This document shows positions 1 through 4,150 of a stretch of 5,121 nucleotides of DNA, piece by piece (the stretch's first letter is position 1; each line of letters begins with the position of its first letter). The position numbers and the translations under genes are program-made. A model generated the notes under the pieces. That model made no database searches. It saw only the letters and a list, made by a program, of their open reading frames with translations, and was not told the origin of the DNA. The DNA comes from a virus. The DNA is taken from positions 1-5,121 of the IMG/VR virus record IMGVR_UViG_3300020043_004237. The stretch is one strand, 5' to 3'.

Positions 1-85
1 CACGAACCATTCCGATAGGGTCTAATAAGAAGTTTGCGACTGGGCCAACGGCCCTTTTAATGTCACCTATTGGGTCCCATCCCAT
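1..85 (-). CDS. VP2: Partial duplicate of the 5' end of VP2 (first 28 codons, runs off the window). This is the same gene as 4147..5085, seen twice because of the circular overlap.
   Basis: The ATG at 85-83 on the minus strand is the copy of the ATG at 5085-5083. The sequence is identical to 5001-5085, which encodes MGWDPIGDIKRAVGPVANFLLDPIGMVR. Confidence 0.6.
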   Translation of the reverse strand, partial: MGWDPIGDIKRAVGPVANFLLDPIGMVR

Positions 86-121
86 TAGAACCTCCCGAGT
101 GTTGCTGGTACTGAGTAAGTC
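1..121. repeat. Terminal redundancy copy A. It is identical to 5001-5121 and marks closure of a 5000-nt circular genome.
   Basis: I compared 1-121 with 5001-5121 base by base and found no mismatch. The duplicated segment spans the VP1 stop / VP2 start junction. That fits an assembly overlap of a circle and does not fit a biological terminal repeat. Confidence 0.95.
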
Positions 122-1668
122 ATCATTGGTCTAGCGCATGTGTAATCGAATGCGAAGTCTGCGCGTATTGGAGCACTAAGAGAGGAACTAACTGCAAGTA
201 CACGATCAATAGGAGTATTAGAAACGATGAAGTCTTCGTTGAACTCCGGTAGAGAACCAAATTCTTCCGACATGTGCCATGCATCAAGTGACGTCGCATA
301 GTTAGAGCGGAATTCGCCTCGGATCTCTGATGGGCGGTAGCGGTAATCGGCATAGCGTTCTTGATAAGAGAAAACGTCGTCATCTGCTGATGTTCCTTGT
401 GCGAATATTTCTTTGTTTAAGATTTCTTGTTCACCAAGCCCTTGTAATTTAGGCCAGTAATAATCGTATCGAGTAGAGCGGTTCCACATTCTATACAGGC
501 CTTGTTGGTAAGTGATCGAAGCTTTGAAGGATATAAGTCCGAGTACGATACCGTGCTCGACAAACGATTTAGCGAATCCAAGGCGTCCGCCTCCTGCTGA
601 CATTGTTGCAAAAGCCGCGAGATTCGCTTGAGGCTTGCCTGTTTCCGTTGCTGAATTCTGAGCCACTGGGTGTACGTTAACGTCGACATATGATCCTCCT
701 AAATATTCGCTTCTATGTTGGGCATCTGGAAGCACTGTGTTGAAATGAGCTAATAATAATTCTGGGTATCTTGTTCCGCCGCGTGCGTCTAATTCGAACA
801 AGGATTGCATTAGCATAGCTTCTCGTAAGGCATTGATGGTTGCTGCTGTTGCTGTAGAAAGATCGGCTACAGCGCCAATATCAGAGCCCCAGAATAGTGG
901 TTGAGTAACCGCTTGAGCTGCTCCTCCCATAAATATAGCGTTTGTTCCTGCATTTGCTACTAGGGATTGATTAGCTTGTTGTATAGTAGATACCTGAAGA
1001 GAATGTCCTGTGCTTATTAATGGAGCAGTTGTTCCTAAAGGTAGTGTTACGTCTGGCCCTTTTTGTGGCCAAGGGAGGGACGATGTAAAGTAATCATGTG
1101 CTTTGTTAATTTTCTGTAATGGGAAGTCTGCTGCTACGTCTGGTCCGTCATCCATTGGAACGTCTACAGAATCCTGTAAATTTTGATCTCTGAACCATTG
1201 ATTATAAACTAAATTATAACCACGCAGCGGAAGTGCGTTTTTTACAACAAGATTAGGAACCGCAGTAGGAATGCCGAACTTGTCAAACACAGTACCGACA
1301 GCGAAGCCAGTAACAGCAGGTGCAGTAATCGACGGAGTAAGGTAATCTGTCGTGTCATCGGGGTTCTCCTGTTCTCCCATTTGCTTTTTAAAGTTTTCCC
1401 ATACCAAACGATTTGGAATGTGAAAGAAATGAACTGAAGCGTAAAGTCTGTCCATTAACGGCACTACTTGAGTGTTTACCCGTGCGAACATGTTTACATT
1501 TAAGTTGAAGGTGTCTCCTGGCAATACTTCATCTACGAAGAATGGATACAAATAATCGAATTGATATGTATCTTTTGCCTGGAAGTCTCGCCGGAATACT
1601 GAGCGCGGAGTGTTTACCGCGGGAATTTCTGCGAAACTGTGTTGGTTATGGCGTGAGCCGAATTGCAT
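85..1668 (-). CDS. VP1: Major capsid protein VP1 (Microviridae F-protein family, gokushovirus type)
   Basis: This is a 527-aa ORF. Its N-terminal block HNQHSFAEIP..PRSVF...FVDEVLPGDTFNLN..FARV....P.MD...HFFHIPNRLVWENF matches the capsid signature I recall for gokushovirus VP1. An AAGGAG Shine-Dalgarno (SD) motif sits at 1674-1679, 5 nt before the ATG at 1668. The stop TAA (87-85) overlaps the VP2 ATG (85-83) as TAATG. Confidence 0.93.
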   Translation of the reverse strand: MQFGSRHNQHSFAEIPAVNTPRSVFRRDFQAKDTYQFDYLYPFFVDEVLPGDTFNLNVNMFARVNTQVVPLMDRLYASVHFFHIPNRLVWENFKKQMGEQENPDDTTDYLTPSITAPAVTGFAVGTVFDKFGIPTAVPNLVVKNALPLRGYNLVYNQWFRDQNLQDSVDVPMDDGPDVAADFPLQKINKAHDYFTSSLPWPQKGPDVTLPLGTTAPLISTGHSLQVSTIQQANQSLVANAGTNAIFMGGAAQAVTQPLFWGSDIGAVADLSTATAATINALREAMLMQSLFELDARGGTRYPELLLAHFNTVLPDAQHRSEYLGGSYVDVNVHPVAQNSATETGKPQANLAAFATMSAGGGRLGFAKSFVEHGIVLGLISFKASITYQQGLYRMWNRSTRYDYYWPKLQGLGEQEILNKEIFAQGTSADDDVFSYQERYADYRYRPSEIRGEFRSNYATSLDAWHMSEEFGSLPEFNEDFIVSNTPIDRVLAVSSSLSAPIRADFAFDYTCARPMMTYSVPATLGRF

Positions 1669-1681
1669 GTGTTCTCCTTTG

Positions 1682-2584
1682 TTAGCCTTCGTAATTTCTA
1701 CGAAGATGTTTTAGTTTTTGTTCTTTTATTATTCTTTTAACTTTTAATCGCGATCGCGAATTTTCATAAATGAATTTTGGATCATCCATATAGGTTAAGT
1801 CACGTGATCTGTATTTCATGTATGCGTCAAAGTGGTATTTTTGCAACCAGTTTACATAGTATCTAGGGATTGGTGCTGACGAGCCGTCCGGCAAGATAAG
1901 TTCGTTATAATTGAATATATCGGGCCAATATTTTTCCAGCCATTTTTTTCCTATAGCGTACTGCCTACTAGCTTTCCCGTAATCTGGAGTCCTACCTTCA
2001 TATAACGGGGCCATTTTGCCCGTCAGCTTTTTTACTACGTATCGAGCTATATAAGCGGCTGTTTTGTAATTTGCTTCGCCTATTTCATTAGGTTTTAATT
2101 CTGAGTCATTATGTCCCCATAATTTTTCTAATGTTTCTGAAATGAAGATATCATCTCCCATTTCGTTTTTTCTAAGTAGCATTTTGTCTTTGAAGTCTAC
2201 GCCGAATAGTATTGCGTGGTAGTGGGGTCTGTGGGTTCTATCGCCGTATTCTCCAGCCATGAAGAAGGATATATTCTCGCCGAATTTTTTTCTTAATCTC
2301 TTCATGAACAGCTGAAAATGTTCGTGAAATAAGGTCGGGAGTCCGTCTTTTGTGTACACGAGTTCGCTGTTTTTGTATGTCAAGGTTATGAAACATGAAG
2401 TTTCGTGCATTTGCATTTCGTGAACGCATCTAACGGCCCATTCGCGAGATTTATCAATCCTGCAGCCTATGCATTGTCCGCACTTTATTGTAACGGGTAT
2501 AAACTCTGGATGATGGTTTTTTTCTTTAAAGGTTCTTTCTCCATTGCGATCGAATCCCATTTTTCTAGGATAGTAACAAGGCAT
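1682..2584 (-). CDS. VP4: Replication initiation protein VP4 (HUH rolling-circle endonuclease, phiX174 protein A analogue)
   Basis: This is a 300-aa ORF. It carries a Cys cluster CGQCIGCRIDKSREWAVRC and motif 1 CFITLTY. The HUH motif HRPHYHAILFG has its HYH codons at 2216-2224, verified as CAC TAC CAC. The double-tyrosine motif AAYIARYVVKK has Y178 at 2051-2053 and Y182 at 2039-2041, the same Y-x3-Y spacing as phiX174 A. An AAGAGG SD sits at 2590-2595, 5 nt before the ATG at 2584. Confidence 0.92.
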   Translation of the reverse strand: MPCYYPRKMGFDRNGERTFKEKNHHPEFIPVTIKCGQCIGCRIDKSREWAVRCVHEMQMHETSCFITLTYKNSELVYTKDGLPTLFHEHFQLFMKRLRKKFGENISFFMAGEYGDRTHRPHYHAILFGVDFKDKMLLRKNEMGDDIFISETLEKLWGHNDSELKPNEIGEANYKTAAYIARYVVKKLTGKMAPLYEGRTPDYGKASRQYAIGKKWLEKYWPDIFNYNELILPDGSSAPIPRYYVNWLQKYHFDAYMKYRSRDLTYMDDPKFIYENSRSRLKVKRIIKEQKLKHLRRNYEG

Positions 2585-2601
2585 GTGAACCTCTTTCTTA
2601 T

Positions 2602-2721
2602 TTATGAGAGACGTACGCCTCCGCGCATGCGTCTGATATTTAGATTATTCATTTTTTGAACACCTAAATTTTTTTTAAATACTCGTTTTGAGTTACCTTT
2701 TGACATTTTTGAACGTTTCAT
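2602..2721 (-). CDS. VP8: Small basic DNA-binding/packaging peptide, ORF8/VP8 type (functional analogue of phiX174 J); 39 aa
   Basis: This ORF is not in the track, so I translated it by hand: MKRSKMSKGNSKRVFKKNLGVQKMNNLNIRRMRGGVRLS*. It has 13 Lys/Arg residues and no acidic residue. The C-terminal MRGGVRL resembles the (M/P)RGG(I/R)R(L/F) ending I recall for gokushovirus and SpV4 ORF8 peptides. A GAGGAG SD sits at 2729-2734, 7 nt before the ATG at 2721. The upstream ORF stops only 1 nt before this ATG (TAAGATG). Confidence 0.75.
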   Translation of the reverse strand: MKRSKMSKGNSKRVFKKNLGVQKMNNLNIRRMRGGVRLS

Positions 2722-2722
2722 C

Positions 2723-2848
2723 TTAACACTCCTCTGGTTGAAACTTGCAATATACTTTCTCTACGGAAGGTGCAATTGCATCTGATGATAATCCTAACAC
2801 GGTAGCCAATATTAGAGCAACTATTGAAACAATTAGTCGTTTTTTCAT
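2723..2848 (-). CDS. 41-aa predicted single-pass membrane (signal-anchor) peptide of unknown function
   Basis: This ORF is not in the track, so I translated it by hand: MKKRLIVSIVALILATVLGLSSDAIAPSVEKVYCKFQPEEC*. It has a positive N-region (MKKR), a 16-residue hydrophobic core and a short polar tail with 2 Cys. A strong AAGGAGG SD sits at 2853-2859, 4 nt before the ATG at 2848. The ORF is on the same strand as all other genes and packs tightly against VP8. Confidence 0.6.
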   Translation of the reverse strand: MKKRLIVSIVALILATVLGLSSDAIAPSVEKVYCKFQPEEC

Positions 2849-2879
2849 TTTTCCTCCTTTGATTAGAATATCATCTTTT

Positions 2880-2908
2880 TTTTTACTGACAACCTTAAAA
2901 GGTGTCAG
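2880..2908 (-). promoter_or_regulatory. Possible sigma70-like promoter for the 41-aa / VP8 / VP4 genes
   Basis: The minus strand reads CTGACA (2908-2903), a 17-nt spacer, then TAAAAA (2885-2880). It lies about 30 nt upstream of the ATG at 2848. The -10 element is weak, the call rests on motif matching alone, and it overlaps a hairpin. Confidence 0.25.
2886..2908. repeat. Imperfect inverted repeat / hairpin
   Basis: CTGACA (2886-2891) pairs with TGTCAG (2903-2908), and CC (2893-2894) pairs with GG (2901-2902). A2892 is bulged and the loop is TTAAAA. A T9 run precedes it on the plus strand, which is an A9 run following it on the minus strand. Confidence 0.6.
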
Positions 2909-2909
2909 T

Positions 2910-2944
2910 GGGCATATATTACAACAAGAAGTGAATATATGCCC
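2910..2944. repeat. Perfect 11-bp inverted repeat with a 13-nt loop, immediately downstream of the VP5 stop
   Basis: GGGCATATATT (2910-2920) is the exact reverse complement of AATATATGCCC (2934-2944). The loop is 2921-2933. It starts 14 nt after the VP5 stop codon (2958-2960) on the minus strand. Confidence 0.85.
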
Positions 2945-2957
2945 CCCTGAGGGTCCC

Positions 2958-3221
2958 CTACTGGACTGAAGCCAGTTTTTTAAGCGAGTCTGCTCGCATT
3001 ACGGACTTTGGTACAGCGTTATGGTGAACCGTACCTGTAGCGGTATCGAATTCACCAATGTGATAGAGAACGAAGTCCTCTGGATTAGTACATACTAATG
3101 TTTTTGTGTCGTTCGCCATGTGCTGGAACTGACGCTCGGCTTCGCCGATGCTTTTGTATGTTTGCGGATCTAAAAAGTATCCTGCTTTTTGGTCCTTAAT
3201 TGCTAAAATTTGTTTGATCAT
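2958..3221 (-). CDS. VP5: Non-structural protein VP5 (ORF5 family; proposed phiX174 protein C analogue), 87 aa
   Basis: MIKQILAIKDQKAGYFLDP...GEAERQF......NPEDFVLYHIGEFDTATGTV....PK matches the PEDF.LY.IGEFD..TG core I recall for gokushovirus ORF5/VP5. I prefer the internal ATG at 3221 over the track start at 3260. The ATG at 3221 has an AAGGAG SD at 3228-3233 with a 6-nt spacer, whereas 3260 has no SD. Confidence 0.85.
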   Translation of the reverse strand: MIKQILAIKDQKAGYFLDPQTYKSIGEAERQFQHMANDTKTLVCTNPEDFVLYHIGEFDTATGTVHHNAVPKSVMRADSLKKLASVQ

Positions 3222-3399
3222 TTTGTGCTCCTTTTTTAACGATTTTAACTTTGATTGCATTTGTTTTAGCTAAATTATTTAAAATACTTTGCGCTATTTC
3301 TAATAGCTGTTCTTTTGTACATGAAGGACGAAAGTCCCAAGTTGTATCTCCGTTGCAATGAACGCTAAATAGTTCATGTGATTTATGTTTGTATTTCAT
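3196..3399 (-). CDS. Hypothetical 67-aa protein (ORFan; no family recognised)
   Basis: The ORF is in the track. A GGAG SD sits at 3407-3410, 7 nt before the ATG at 3399. The start overlaps the stop of the upstream 26-aa ORF as ATGA. The 3' end overlaps the VP5 start by 26 nt in another frame. I saw no hydrophobic segment and no recognisable motif. Confidence 0.5.
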   Translation of the reverse strand: MKYKHKSHELFSVHCNGDTTWDFRPSCTKEQLLEIAQSILNNLAKTNAIKVKIVKKGAQNDQTNFSN

Positions 3400-3476
3400 T
3401 TTTTTTCTCCATTTGGTTTAGATCGCATTATTGCGATTTTTTGTTTATTTCGTTTATAGTACGATTTTTTTTTCAT
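3396..3476 (-). CDS. 26-aa lysine-rich peptide (a second small basic ORF); hypothetical
   Basis: I translated it by hand: MKKKSYYKRNKQKIAIMRSKPNGEKK*. It has 11 Lys/Arg residues in 26. An AAGGAG SD sits at 3483-3488, 6 nt before the ATG at 3476. The stop TGA (3398-3396) overlaps the next ATG (3399-3397). The ORF is very short and partly built from an A9 run, so it could be fortuitous. Confidence 0.4.
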   Translation of the reverse strand: MKKKSYYKRNKQKIAIMRSKPNGEKK

Positions 3477-3498
3477 TTATTTCTCCTTAGGTTTTTTA

Positions 3499-3526
3499 AA
3501 GATGTTACTTTAAAAAACTTCGTCAA
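3499..3526 (-). promoter_or_regulatory. Possible sigma70-like promoter for the small-gene cluster
   Basis: The minus strand reads TTGACG (3526-3521), a 16-nt spacer, then CATCTT (3504-3499). It lies in an AT-rich region downstream of the terminator-like hairpin and about 25 nt upstream of the ATG at 3476. The -10 element is poor and the call rests on motif matching alone. Confidence 0.25.
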
Positions 3527-3549
3527 GTTGTTTTGTGATTTTTATTTTA

Positions 3550-3574
3550 TTTTTTTTGGAGGACCCAAAAAAAA
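3550..3574. repeat. A/T-tract inverted repeat
   Basis: T8GG (3550-3559) and CCA8 (3565-3574) are reverse complements around the loop AGGAC. The stem is almost all A-T, so stability is low. Confidence 0.5.
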
Positions 3575-3591
3575 GTGATTTTTTCTTTTAT

Positions 3592-3605
3592 GCACCTATC
3601 GGTGC
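3592..3605. repeat. Small GC hairpin
   Basis: GCACC (3592-3596) pairs with GGTGC (3601-3605) around the tetraloop TATC. It abuts the base of the long hairpin. Confidence 0.6.
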
Positions 3606-3683
3606 GCCAGGCATGGATAAGATGGTATGGAAAAACACCCCCATCCGTGGGGGGTTTTCCCACACCACTTACCCACACCTGGC
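3606..3683 (-). other. 78-nt rod-like imperfect hairpin in the main intergenic region. It could be a structured RNA or an ssDNA element, and its function is unknown.
   Basis: These blocks pair: 3606-3611/3678-3683, 3614-3616/3673-3675, 3618-3621/3668-3671, 3623-3626/3664-3667, 3628-3630/3660-3662, 3632-3635/3655-3658, 3636/3654 and 3638-3643/3648-3653. The loop is TCCG (3644-3647). That gives 31 Watson-Crick pairs. All five mismatches are A/C on the plus strand, which makes them G-U or G-T wobble pairs on the minus strand. Confidence 0.65.
3631..3659 (-). terminator. Intrinsic-terminator-like hairpin closing the VP4-VP1-VP2-VP3 transcription unit
   Basis: The minus strand reads AAAAC-CCCCCA-CGGA-TGGGGG-TGTTTTTCC. 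This is a 6-bp GC stem with a tetraloop and a following T-rich tract, about 85 nt downstream of the VP3 stop. The A-tract / T-tract symmetry would also allow plus-strand termination. Confidence 0.55.
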
Positions 3684-3701
3684 CGAAAAATGAGGACTCG
3701 T

Positions 3702-3711
3702 CGGACGTCCG
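3702..3711. repeat. 10-bp perfect palindrome CGGACGTCCG
   Basis: The sequence is its own reverse complement and lies in the GC-rich island between the VP3 stop and the rod hairpin. It could be a protein-binding site or chance. Confidence 0.5.
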
Positions 3712-3742
3712 CCTGAGAGCCTGCTAGATCGGTCAAATGAGC

Positions 3743-4150
3743 CTATTTTTTTTCTTCGCTCTGCTCCGATTTTTTTATAGGCTCTTCTTTTTTGACCCGC
3801 AGGCCCAGGCGGACTGACTCGTCCACATTTTTAGGGTCCTGAAGGAAGTTGATTAGTTGAGTTGGATCATTACCGAAGCGATTTCGCGTCTCAGAAGGCA
3901 AGAGTTCGAATTGTTGTTTTGCTTTGATGACGGTGTTGAGTGCTCCCTGGAAATCTTTAATTTCCACGAAATCGCCGTAAGTCCCGTCTTTGGACGTGAT
4001 GTGTGTGATTATACCAGTTGTACGGTATTTTTTTATGATGTTGTTGACATTTACCATGTCTCGCATTGATTGCTTTGTTTTTGTTGGTTTCTCGTTGATA
4101 GTTTTGATACCAAGTGAACCATCTTTACGTTTGTATTGTTGTTGTTTCAT
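3743..4150 (-). CDS. VP3: Internal scaffolding protein VP3
   Basis: This is a 135-aa ORF. KQSMRDMVNVNNIIKKY..TG......YGDF....DFQGALN.V..A...F..LP...R..F.N.P..L..FL matches the gokushovirus VP3 scaffold pattern I recall. A GAGG SD sits at 4157-4160, 6 nt before the ATG at 4150. The ATG overlaps the VP2 stop as ATGA (4150-4147). Confidence 0.88.
   Translation of the reverse strand: MKQQQYKRKDGSLGIKTINEKPTKTKQSMRDMVNVNNIIKKYRTTGIITHITSKDGTYGDFVEIKDFQGALNTVIKAKQQFELLPSETRNRFGNDPTQLINFLQDPKNVDESVRLGLRVKKEEPIKKSEQSEEKK

Noticed and set aside
123-383. Nested 86-aa minus-strand ORF inside the VP1 3' end, with a hydrophobic stretch (FLILLLIVYLQLVPLLVL) reminiscent of an embedded lysis gene like phiX174 E
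   Set aside because: It has only a weak, badly spaced AGGA motif about 11 nt upstream. It is in the same alternative frame as 417-689, which suggests a composition-driven open frame. The 41-aa peptide at 2723-2848 is a much better membrane-protein candidate. Revisit this ORF only if synonymous-site constraint appears in VP1 here.
1748-1759. 12-bp perfect palindrome TCGCGATCGCGA (two tandem TCGCGA units) inside VP4
   Set aside because: It lies in coding sequence and encodes SRSR in the basic C-terminal tail. It is a simple 6-nt tandem duplication and nothing supports a regulatory role.
2238-2429. Nested 63-aa basic ORF inside VP4
   Set aside because: There is no SD upstream of the ATG at 2429 (GCGAATGGGCCGTTAG precedes it), and its length is within chance expectation.
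2405-2659. Plus-strand ORFs in the track: 2405-2659, 2745-2969, 3378-3578, 3857-4069 and 3990-4172
   Set aside because: All of them are antisense to well-supported minus-strand genes or run through T-rich intergenic DNA. None has a Shine-Dalgarno motif. Their products are Phe/Ile/Leu-rich, as expected when A-rich coding sequence or T-runs are read backwards. Microviridae also encode all their genes on one strand.
3222-3260. A 13-codon N-terminal extension of VP5 (track start at 3260)
   Set aside because: No SD precedes 3260, whereas the ATG at 3221 has AAGGAG at 6-nt spacing. Homologues as I recall them begin at the MIK/MKV position.
3601-3628. dif-like XerC/XerD site. GGTGCGC at 3601-3607 equals the first 7 nt of the E. 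coli dif XerC arm (GGTGCGCATAA), and some gokushoviruses are known to integrate at dif.
   Set aside because: Only 7 nt match. The rest of the XerC arm, the 6-nt spacer and the XerD arm (TTATGTTAAAT) are not recognisable in either orientation, and the host is unknown. Test this only by comparison with the dif site of a candidate host, or by finding a prophage copy flanked by dif.
3590-3727. 45-aa plus-strand ORF (MHLSVRQAWIRWYGKTPPSVGG...) spanning the GC-rich island
   Set aside because: It has no SD, lies on the strand opposite every other gene, and coincides with a region better explained by nucleic-acid structure.
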